From positions 6,490-70,489 of the forward strand of contig JBBRVW010000018.1 of assembly GCA_038246545.1 (NCBI GenBank): 64,000 bases of DNA, read 5' to 3'. The stretch is from Actinomycetes bacterium (GTDB lineage: Bacteria; Actinomycetota; Actinomycetes; JACCUZ01). The notes beneath the pieces are model-generated. The model saw nothing but the letters and a program-made list of their open reading frames with translations, made no database searches and was not told where the DNA came from. Positions within the stretch are counted from its first letter, which is position 1, and every line of letters begins with the position of its first letter. The position numbers and the translations under genes were made by a program. Below, piece by piece: positions 45,373-52,801 of this stretch.

Positions 45373-45403
45373 TGTGGTGCGCTACCAGCTGCGCCACAGC
45401 CCC
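45329..45403 (-). tRNA. tRNA-Ala (anticodon GGC)
   Basis: Reverse complement GGGGCTGTGGCGCAGCTGGTAGCGCACCACACTGGCAGTGTGGGGGTCAGGGGTTCGAGTCCCCTCAGCTCCACC folds as a cloverleaf: 7-bp acceptor stem with G3:U70 (Ala identity), D-loop AGCTGGTA, anticodon loop CTGGCAG, T-loop TTCGAGT, discriminator A. CCA is not fully encoded. Confidence 0.85.
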
Positions 45404-45490
45404 TTGCCACTACGTGCGGTACTGCCGCTCGCACGGCCGAGCCAGTCTAACGGGTACCCCGCACGGGCACGAATCGAGCCATGGTCCCGG

Positions 45491-46111
45491 CTACTCGTCG
45501 TCACCCATGACGGGCTCGGGCAGGCTGCCCGCGTTGTGCTCCACCAGCCGCCAGCCGGCGGGAGGCACCTCCTCGAGCACCGACCAGCAGCAGTTGGCCA
45601 GTCCCCCGACGACCGCCCACCGGTCCAACGGCAGGTCGAGCATCGCGCCGATCGCGGCCCGGGCCGAGCCGCCGTGCGTGACGACCACCAGCGTGCCGCC
45701 CGGCGGCACCTCGCCGAGCGCGTCGGCGATCGCCGGGACCACGCGGGCGGCCACCTCGGTGCGCCGCTCGCCACCACCGGCCGGGACGTCGTCGCCGGCC
45801 CGCCACGAGGTGTAGATCTCGTGGTCGGCCGCGTCGATCTCGGTCGCCGTGCGTCCCTGCCACCGGGCGCCGTAGGTCTCGCGCAGCCGCTCGTCATGGC
45901 GCACGTCCAGCTCGCAGAGGCAGGCCAGGGCGGCCGCCGTGGAGCCGGCGCGCACCAGGTCGGAGGAGACGATCGCGGCCGGCTCGAGCGTGGTCAGCAG
46001 GCGAGCGGCCCGCTCCGCCTGGGCGACCCCGACCTCGTCGAGCTCGATGTCGCTGCTGCCCTGGAACCGCTCCTCGAGGTTCCACGAGGTCTGCCCGTGC
46101 CGCCAGAGCAC
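45491..46111 (-). CDS. histidine phosphatase family protein (phosphoglycerate-mutase-like; GpgP-like)
   Basis: VVLWRHGQTSWN (RHG catalytic motif) and HGG later. Only in-frame canonical starts are GTG at 46111 or ATG at 46318; the latter overlaps rsfS by 180 nt. Position matches Mtb Rv2419c next to rsfS/nadD. Confidence 0.6.
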   Translation of the reverse strand: MLWRHGQTSWNLEERFQGSSDIELDEVGVAQAERAARLLTTLEPAAIVSSDLVRAGSTAAALACLCELDVRHDERLRETYGARWQGRTATEIDAADHEIYTSWRAGDDVPAGGGERRTEVAARVVPAIADALGEVPPGGTLVVVTHGGSARAAIGAMLDLPLDRWAVVGGLANCCWSVLEEVPPAGWRLVEHNAGSLPEPVMGDDE

Positions 46112-46137
46112 GACCCGCCGGCCGGTGCTCCCGCGGC

Positions 46138-46557
46138 TCAGGACGCGGCCCCCTCGACCCCGCCGCCGAGGTGGGACCGCTGGCTGTGGGCCGACCGGAC
46201 AGACTCGGGCAGCTCGACCGTCGGGCAGTCCTTCCAGATCCGCTCGAGAGAGTAGTAGACCCGCTCCTCGGCATGCTGGACGTGAACGATGATGTCGACG
46301 TAGTCGAGCAGGATCCAACGGCCCTCGCGCTCGCCCTCGCGGCGGACCGGTTTGGCGCCGAGCGTGCGCAGCCGCTCCTCGATCCCGTCGACGACGGCGC
46401 GCACCTGGCGGTCGTTGGAGGCCGAGCAGAGGACGAAGACGTCGGTGATGACAAGCTGGTCCCCCACGTCGAACGCGAGGATGTCGTCGGCAAGCTTGTC
46501 GGCGGCGGCTTCGGCAGCGGCTACCGCGAGCTCACGGGCACGGGGGGAGACGGTCAC
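46138..46557 (-). CDS. rsfS: ribosomal silencing factor RsfS (Iojap family)
   Basis: DVFVLCSASNDRQVRAVVDGIEE...WILLDYVDIIVHV pattern. Confidence 0.85.
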   Translation of the reverse strand: MTVSPRARELAVAAAEAAADKLADDILAFDVGDQLVITDVFVLCSASNDRQVRAVVDGIEERLRTLGAKPVRREGEREGRWILLDYVDIIVHVQHAEERVYYSLERIWKDCPTVELPESVRSAHSQRSHLGGGVEGAAS

Positions 46558-46590
46558 GGCCCCAGTTTCTCACGCGTCGGGGGTACCGCC

Positions 46591-47973
46591 TCACGGCCGG
46601 AAGTCCGAGCCGAGGATCACGATGACGTCGGCGACGTTCTGGCCCCGGTCACTGGGCGTCACCGCCTCGGCTGGCAGCCCGAGCGCGGCGGCGACCCGCC
46701 GGCCCTTCTCGAGGCTGGCCTCAGTGCCGTCGACCACCTGGATCGAGCTCGGCGAACTGTCGAAGCTCGAGGCGTTGCCGCCGCTCTTGAACTGGAATCC
46801 CGCGTCGACCAGCTTCGTGCGCGCCCGTTCGGCCAGGCCCGGGGTGCCGACACCGTTCTCGACGAGCACCCGGAGCGTGCCGCCGCTCGCGTCCCGCACG
46901 AGCGCGCCGGGGAACTTCTCGCGCAGCGCGGCATCGACGTCGCCCGCATTGATCCCGTACGCCGGAACCGGGCCGCCGGTATCGATCTCGTTGACGGGCA
47001 GCACGTCGCTCACCAGGCCGGCCGGACCCGCAGCGGCTGCGCGCATCACGGCGAGCCGCGAGGCCAGCGCAGCCTGGTCCAGGGTCGAGGTCGACCCGGA
47101 CCCCGCGGTCGCGAGGAAGGCGCCGATCCCCGTCTGGTCGGCGGGCAGCTTCGCGAGCAGCGTCGAGAGCACGTCGTCGAACCTCGCCAAGCGGGCCTGC
47201 TCGGGCTCGCTGTCGGCGAGGTAGGTCGCGTAGCCGGCGGCCGCGCGGCCCGCGAGCAGCTGGTTGCCGGCCCGCACCACCACGGTCTGGTCGCCGTTCG
47301 GCGCGGTGTCGACGACGTCGACGTCGACGGCCGCCTCGACGCCGCCGACGGCGTCGACGAGGGCTGCCAGCGCCTGCGTGGTGAGCGTCCAGGTGTCCTC
47401 GACCCGCAGTCCGAGCAGGTCGGTGAGGGCGGCCGCCGCCGCGGTGGGGTCGCCCAGCGTGGTCGTCTCGCCGAACGCCATGTCGCCGGAGCCGACCACG
47501 TCGACGCTGAGCCGGGACGGCACCAGCAGGGCGACCGCCGAGCCGTCGGCCTTGGTGGTGCCGACGATGGCGCTGGCTGACGCCGTGCCGTCGGCGCCGG
47601 TGACCTGCACGAGGGTCACCTGCTGCGTGTCGGCCGCGGCCGTCTGCGTCGGCGGCGCATCGCTGCCCCCGGGCCGCAGCAGCAGCCACACCCCGACGCC
47701 GACGAGCAGCACGGCGAGGACACCGGCGGTCACCAGCAGGGACTGTTGCCGCCGGACCTGGCGCCGGGCCGCGCGCTCGGCATGACGACTCCGGCGCACG
47801 ACGACGGTCGGGCCGGGCGCGGCGGCAGCACTGACGGCGGCCGCCGGTGGCTCGGCAGTCGTCGTCGGAGCGACCGGCGAGGTCTCCGACGGCACCACGG
47901 GTCCGGCCCCGAGCCGCTTCGCCAGGTCCACGTCCCGCAGCGGGTCGGGCTCGGGCCGCCGGTGCTTGCTCAT
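46591..47973 (-). CDS. LytR_C domain-containing membrane-anchored protein
   Basis: Disordered N-terminus, one TM helix (LLVTAGVLAVLLVGVGVWLLL), C-terminal LytR_C-like domain (LRVLVENGVGTPGLAERARTKLVDAGFQF...VIVILGSD). Confidence 0.6.
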   Translation of the reverse strand: MSKHRRPEPDPLRDVDLAKRLGAGPVVPSETSPVAPTTTAEPPAAAVSAAAAPGPTVVVRRSRHAERAARRQVRRQQSLLVTAGVLAVLLVGVGVWLLLRPGGSDAPPTQTAAADTQQVTLVQVTGADGTASASAIVGTTKADGSAVALLVPSRLSVDVVGSGDMAFGETTTLGDPTAAAAALTDLLGLRVEDTWTLTTQALAALVDAVGGVEAAVDVDVVDTAPNGDQTVVVRAGNQLLAGRAAAGYATYLADSEPEQARLARFDDVLSTLLAKLPADQTGIGAFLATAGSGSTSTLDQAALASRLAVMRAAAAGPAGLVSDVLPVNEIDTGGPVPAYGINAGDVDAALREKFPGALVRDASGGTLRVLVENGVGTPGLAERARTKLVDAGFQFKSGGNASSFDSSPSSIQVVDGTEASLEKGRRVAAALGLPAEAVTPSDRGQNVADVIVILGSDFRP

Positions 47974-47980
47974 CGGCCGT

Positions 47981-48553
47981 TCATCCCGTGACCGGGTACA
48001 AGCGGTGCTTGGCGACGTACTGGACGACGCCGTCGGGGACGAGGTACCAGACGGGCTCGCCCCGGCTGACGCGGGCCCGGCAGTCCGTTGACGAGATCGC
48101 CATGGCCGGCACCTCGAGCAGGCTCACCCGGTCGGCCGGCAGCCCGTCACCCGAGAGGGTGTGACCGGGTCTCGTCACGCCGATGAAGTGCGCCAGCGCG
48201 AACAGCTCGTCGGCGTCCTTCCAGGTGAGGATCTGGGCCAGCGCGTCGGCGCCGGTGATGAAGAACAGCTCGACGCCGGAGTCGCGCTGCCCGCGCAGGT
48301 CGGTGAGCGTGTCCACGGTGTACGTCGGCCCGGGCCGGTCGATGTCCACCCGGCTCACGGTGAAGCGCGGGTTGGACGCCGTGGCGATGACCGCCATCAG
48401 GTAGCGGTGCTCTGCGGTGGTGACCGCCCGGTCGTCCTTCTGCCACGGCTGACCGGTGGGGACGAACACCACCTCGTCCAGCGCTAACCGCGCGGCAACC
48501 TCGCTCGCAGCCACGAGGTGCCCGTGATGGATCGGGTCGAAGGTGCCGCCCAT
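47981..48553 (-). CDS. nadD: nicotinate-nucleotide adenylyltransferase
   Basis: [12 protein letters not shown] (HxGH) motif at the N-terminus. ATG at 48553. Confidence 0.85.
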   Translation of the reverse strand: MGGTFDPIHHGHLVAASEVAARLALDEVVFVPTGQPWQKDDRAVTTAEHRYLMAVIATASNPRFTVSRVDIDRPGPTYTVDTLTDLRGQRDSGVELFFITGADALAQILTWKDADELFALAHFIGVTRPGHTLSGDGLPADRVSLLEVPAMAISSTDCRARVSRGEPVWYLVPDGVVQYVAKHRLYPVTG

Positions 48554-48618
48554 TACCCCCAGACGGGACGGCGGCGGGACGGCGGACGGAGTCACGGGGG
48601 GCGGCGGCGGGGGTCCGC

Positions 48619-48768
48619 TCAGCGGTCCTTGCCGAACGCGAGGGTCAGGAGCATGGCCATGGTGAGCAGGCCGAACGCGAGCAGGCCGATCGCCCACGGC
48701 TCCAGCGGCAGGTCACGGCCGTGGGACTCGCCCTTGACGGCGAGGAGGCGGACGACGGCAGCGGTCAT
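48619..48768 (-). CDS. putative 49-aa single-pass membrane protein
   Basis: ATG at 48768 with GGAG 8 nt upstream. [49 protein letters not shown]. Confidence 0.35.
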   Translation of the reverse strand: MTAAVVRLLAVKGESHGRDLPLEPWAIGLLAFGLLTMAMLLTLAFGKDR

Positions 48769-48910
48769 GGCGGAAGCACTCCTGTCGGGCTGGGAAATGC
48801 CGGTCGATGCTGGCCGCAGTCTTCCACAGCGGGACGGCCGGGAGGCCGACCCCTGAGGCCCGGGTCGTGTCCCCCGACCCCATCTCGGCTCGCGAGCCGA
48901 GAGGCACGAC

Positions 48911-49243
48911 CTAGAACGGGCGGATGCCGCCGGCGGGGACCAGCACCGGCGCCGGGCTCTCGGTGGCGCGCCGCTGGTAGGTGAGGCGGTCGACGACCTC
49001 GAGGCCTGATACCCGCCACGGTGGCAGCCCGGCCGTGAGCCGGTGCTCGCCCCAGAGCCGCAGCGCCAGCGCCGCGGCGTCCTCCAGGTCGCGGGCCTCC
49101 TCCCAGTAGCGCAGCTCGGCCCGGTCGGGTGCGTAGCGCCCGGAGAGGAGGAACGGTCGCTCGTGAGCCAGCCGCTCGAGTGCTGCGCGGACGTCACCGG
49201 CCTCGACGGCCTCGCCGACGACGGTGAGAGTGACGTGCCACAT
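48911..49243 (-). CDS. hypothetical protein (110 aa)
   Basis: ATG at 49243 with a GGAAAG Shine-Dalgarno-like sequence. MWHVTLTVVGEAVEAGDVRAALERLAHERPFLLSGRYAPDRAELRYWEEARDLEDAAALALRLWGEHRL... Confidence 0.4.
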   Translation of the reverse strand: MWHVTLTVVGEAVEAGDVRAALERLAHERPFLLSGRYAPDRAELRYWEEARDLEDAAALALRLWGEHRLTAGLPPWRVSGLEVVDRLTYQRRATESPAPVLVPAGGIRPF

Positions 49244-49346
49244 GGGGCGGCTTTCCGGCGGTGCGACAGGCTGCTGGGCGGCGGAGTCCATCCCCACAGG
49301 TCGGGCCACGTCGCTCACCCGTGCAGCCTCCGTTCGTCGTACGTGC

Positions 49347-50450
49347 TCAGCCGCCCAGGAGCACGATGCCGTCGCGGTGGACGACCTCGCGGCCGAAGGC
49401 GGGCCCCAGCTCCCTGGCGAGGTCCGGTGTCGACCGGCCGAGCAGCCCGGGCAGCTCTGTCACGTCAAAGTTCACCAGTCCGCGCGCCACTGCGTGGCCG
49501 TTTTGGTCAAGGAGGTCCACCGGATCGCCCGCCACGAAGTCGCCGGTAACCGACGTCACCCCCGCCGCGAGCAGCGACATCCGGCGGTCGACCACGGCGC
49601 GGACCGCCCCGGCGTCGAGCTCGAGGCTGCCGCGGGGGGTCGTCGCGTAGGCCAGCCAGAGCATCCGGGTCGGCAGCCGCGTCGTCGCAGGATCGAACGT
49701 GGTGCCCACGTCGGCCCCTGCGAGCACCTCGCGCGCCTGCGCCGCGGAGGCCACGACCGCACGCACGCCGGCGGCCGCGGCGATGCGGGCGGCCTCGACC
49801 TTGGTGGCCATCCCGCCCGTGCCCACGCCTGCGCCGCCGCGCCCCAGCCGTACCCCGACGAGGTCCTCGGGACCGGTGACGCGGCCGATGCGGCGGGCGC
49901 CGGGACGGCGGGGGTCGCCGTCGTAGAGGCCGTCGACGTCGGAGAGCAGCACCAGCAGCTCGGCGCGCACGAGGTGGGCCACCAGGGCCGCCAACCGGTC
50001 GTTGTCGCCGAACCGGATCTCCTCGGTGGCCACCGTGTCGTTCTCGTTGACGACCGGGAGCACACCGAGGTCCAGCAGCCGGTACAACGTCCGCTGGGCG
50101 TTGCGGTAGTGACCGCGCCGCACCACGTCGTCGGTGGTCAGCAGCACCTGCCCGACGGTGATGCCGTGCCGGGCGAAGGCCTCGGTGTAGCGGTGCACCA
50201 GCAGGCCCTGGCCGACGCTGGCGGCCGCCTGTTGGGTCGCCAGGTCACGCGGCCGCCGGGTCAGGGACAACGGCCCGAGCCCGGACGCGATCGCGCCGGA
50301 GGACACCAGCACGACCTCGCGGCCGCCGGCGTGTGCCGCTGCCAGGGCATCGACGAGGGCCTCGACCCGGCGCGCGTCGAGGCCGCCGCCGGGGGCGGTG
50401 AGCGAGGACGAGCCGACCTTGACGACCACGCGGTCGGTGCGGCCGTCCAT
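49347..50450 (-). CDS. proB: glutamate 5-kinase
   Basis: VVVKVGSSSLT...VLVSSGA... amino-acid kinase fold and a C-terminal PUA domain. Confidence 0.9.
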   Translation of the reverse strand: MDGRTDRVVVKVGSSSLTAPGGGLDARRVEALVDALAAAHAGGREVVLVSSGAIASGLGPLSLTRRPRDLATQQAAASVGQGLLVHRYTEAFARHGITVGQVLLTTDDVVRRGHYRNAQRTLYRLLDLGVLPVVNENDTVATEEIRFGDNDRLAALVAHLVRAELLVLLSDVDGLYDGDPRRPGARRIGRVTGPEDLVGVRLGRGGAGVGTGGMATKVEAARIAAAAGVRAVVASAAQAREVLAGADVGTTFDPATTRLPTRMLWLAYATTPRGSLELDAGAVRAVVDRRMSLLAAGVTSVTGDFVAGDPVDLLDQNGHAVARGLVNFDVTELPGLLGRSTPDLARELGPAFGREVVHRDGIVLLGG

Positions 50451-50469
50451 GGCTGCGCTCGTCAGTCCG

Positions 50470-51825
50470 TCAGCGGCCGTCGAGGCGGAGGTCGGTGCCG
50501 CGTCGGCCGTGCAGCAGCTCGGCGCCGGCCTGCAGCGTGGGCTCCCAGTCGAAGACCACACCCTCGTCGCCGGCACCGATGACGACCTCGGCGCCGGCCT
50601 CGGCGCCGGCGGCCAGCAGCGCTTCCTCGATGCCGAGCCGGGCCAGCCGGTCGGCCAGGTATCCGACGGCCTCGTCGTTGCTGAAGTCGGTCTGGCGCAC
50701 CCACCGGGTCGGCTTGCTCCCGGTGATGACGAACCGCTCGCCGTCCTTGACGACGGTGAAGCCCGAGTCGTCGACGGCGGTCGGGCGCAGGACGATCCGG
50801 GTGGCCTCGAGCTCCGGTGCCTCGTCACGGGCCTGCTGCACCCGGGCGGCCATGGCGAACGACAGCTCGCGCAGCCCGTTGCGGGTGGCGGCGCTGACCG
50901 GCAGCACCTGGAGGCCGCGCGCCTCGAGGTCGGCCGTGACCATCTCGGCGAGCTCCTGCGCGTCGGGCACGTCGAGCTTGTTCAACGCCACGAGACGCGG
51001 CCGGTCGTCGAGGCCGCCGTAGGCCGACAGCTCGGCCTCGATCGCGTCGAGGTCGCTGAGCGGGTCGCGGCCGGGCTCGATGGTGGCCATGTCGACGACG
51101 TGCACGAGCACGCTGCACCGCTCGACGTGCCGGAGGAACTGCAGCCCCAGGCCCTTCCCCTCGCTCGCGCCCGGGATCAGCCCGGGGACGTCGGCCACGG
51201 TGTAGCGGATCTCGCCGGCCTGCACGACACCCAGGTTGGGCACGAGGGTCGTGAACGGGTAGTCGGCGATCTTGGGCCGTGCGGCGCTGAGCGCCGCGAC
51301 CAGGCTCGACTTGCCGGCGCTAGGGAAGCCGACCAGAGCGACGTCGGCGACGGTCTTGAGCTCGAGGACGATGTCGCCGCCGCCGCCGGGCTCGCCGAGC
51401 AGCGCGAAGCCGGGCGCCTTGCGGCGGGCCGAGGCGAGCGCCGCGTTGCCGAGCCCGCCACGACCCCCCTGGGCCGCCACGTAGCTGGCACCTGCGCCGA
51501 CGAGGTCGGCGAGCACCTCGCCGGTCGGGCTCTTGACGACGGTGCCGTCGGGGACGGCGAGCACCATGTCGTGGCCGTCGGCACCGCTGCGGTTGGCGCC
51601 CTGGCCGGGCTTGCCGCTGGTCGCCTTGCGGTGCGGCGCGTGGTGGTAGTCCAGCAGCGTCGTGACGTTCTGGTCGACGTGGAGCAGGACGTCGCCACCG
51701 CGACCGCCGTTGCCGCCGTCGGGACCGCCGAGCGGCTTGAACTTCTCCCGGTGCACGGAGCTGCAGCCGTGGCCACCGTCGCCGGCGGCGACGTGCAGCA
51801 CGACGCGGTCGACGAAGGTGGTCAC
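50470..51825 (-). CDS. obg: GTPase Obg/CgtA
   Basis: Obg fold N-terminus ([26 protein letters not shown]), G domain GFPSAGKSS...DVPGLI, C-terminal OCT domain. Confidence 0.9.
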   Translation of the reverse strand: MTTFVDRVVLHVAAGDGGHGCSSVHREKFKPLGGPDGGNGGRGGDVLLHVDQNVTTLLDYHHAPHRKATSGKPGQGANRSGADGHDMVLAVPDGTVVKSPTGEVLADLVGAGASYVAAQGGRGGLGNAALASARRKAPGFALLGEPGGGGDIVLELKTVADVALVGFPSAGKSSLVAALSAARPKIADYPFTTLVPNLGVVQAGEIRYTVADVPGLIPGASEGKGLGLQFLRHVERCSVLVHVVDMATIEPGRDPLSDLDAIEAELSAYGGLDDRPRLVALNKLDVPDAQELAEMVTADLEARGLQVLPVSAATRNGLRELSFAMAARVQQARDEAPELEATRIVLRPTAVDDSGFTVVKDGERFVITGSKPTRWVRQTDFSNDEAVGYLADRLARLGIEEALLAAGAEAGAEVVIGAGDEGVVFDWEPTLQAGAELLHGRRGTDLRLDGR

Positions 51826-51868
51826 AGGTCCTGCTCTCTCATGTGGTGCTCAGCTGGTGCTGGAACAG

Positions 51869-51904
51869 CAGTGGGGACCATGGCCGAGACCATGATCCCC
51901 ACTG
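51869..51904 (-). terminator. terminator hairpin downstream of rpmA
   Basis: CAGTGGGGA-N18-TCCCCACTG, 9-bp perfect inverted repeat in the rpmA-obg spacer. Confidence 0.4.
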
Positions 51905-51954
51905 GTTGTCGTGCGATCCCACGGCAGGCACGACTGCCGCGGCTGCGGCGGGTG

Positions 51955-52236
51955 TCAGCTGGCGTCGGCGGTGACGGCTGCGACGGCGGCCGGGACGATG
52001 TTGACCACGCGACGACCGCGGCGGCTGCCGAACTCGACGGCGCCGGCGGCCAGGGCGAACAACGTGTCGTCACTGCCCCGGCCGACGTTGAGGCCGGGGT
52101 GGAAGTGCGTGCCGCGCTGACGGACGATGATCTCGCCGGCGTTGACGACCTGGCCGCCAAAGCGCTTGACGCCGAGCCGCTGCGCGTTGGAGTCGCGCCC
52201 GTTGCGGGTGGACGAGGCGCCCTTCTTGTGAGCCAT
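51955..52236 (-). CDS. rpmA: 50S ribosomal protein L27
   Basis: [29 protein letters not shown]... Confidence 0.9.
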   Translation of the reverse strand: MAHKKGASSTRNGRDSNAQRLGVKRFGGQVVNAGEIIVRQRGTHFHPGLNVGRGSDDTLFALAAGAVEFGSRRGRRVVNIVPAAVAAVTADAS

Positions 52237-52288
52237 CGATGTGCCTTTCGCGTGGTGCCGGGTGTCGGGTCGGCGGAGAGCCGGACTG

Positions 52289-52612
52289 CTACGAGGAGGA
52301 GCCGGTCTCGATGCCGGTGACCTTCACCTGCGTGTGCTTCTGCCGGTGACCCTGCCGCTTGCGGTAGCCGGTCTTGTTCTTGAACTTGAGAATGTCGATC
52401 TTGGGCCCCTTGGTGGCGGCGACGACCTCGACGGTGACGGTGGCCTTGGCGAGAGCGGCCTTGTCGCTGGTCACCGAACCGCCGTCGACCAGCAGCAGGA
52501 CAGGCAGCTCGACGGTCGCGCCCGGCTCGGCATGGACCCGGTCGATCTCGAGGACGTCACCGACGGCCACCTTCTCCTGGCGGCCACCAGCACGGACGAT
52601 CGCGTACACCAT
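52289..52612 (-). CDS. rplU: 50S ribosomal protein L21
   Basis: [24 protein letters not shown]... ATG at 52612. Confidence 0.9.
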   Translation of the reverse strand: MVYAIVRAGGRQEKVAVGDVLEIDRVHAEPGATVELPVLLLVDGGSVTSDKAALAKATVTVEVVAATKGPKIDILKFKNKTGYRKRQGHRQKHTQVKVTGIETGSSS

Positions 52613-52801
52613 CGGGGACTCAGCCTTACTCTCTGCACTCGCGTCACGGGATCTCGGCGCACCTGGCACGGCGCACGAGGGAACCGGCGTCTGTTCGACG
52701 CCGGGCGTAGGGACAGTCAAGGGTACGGAGGCGGGCGCCGCCCGGTCAAACCGGCCGGCGCCCCCTGCCCGCACGTCACCAGGTGGTGACCGTTCCACCC
52801 G

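Larger units (their letters stand above)
41903..45403. mobile_element. small degraded integrative element inserted at tRNA-Ala(GGC)
   Basis: Bounded by the imperfect direct repeats, with an integrase gene adjacent to the intact tRNA. Cargo is a DUF389 gene and transporter fragments. The integrase carries two frameshifts. Confidence 0.5.

Noticed and set aside
45260-46255. 331-aa plus ORF starting MATKMAPKTTLAASQKGKRPGHRGG...
   Set aside because: It reads through the tRNA-Ala gene and antisense to gpgP/rsfS. The N-terminal similarity to ORF 42106..42456 merely reflects the duplicated att/tRNA repeat, not a protein family.
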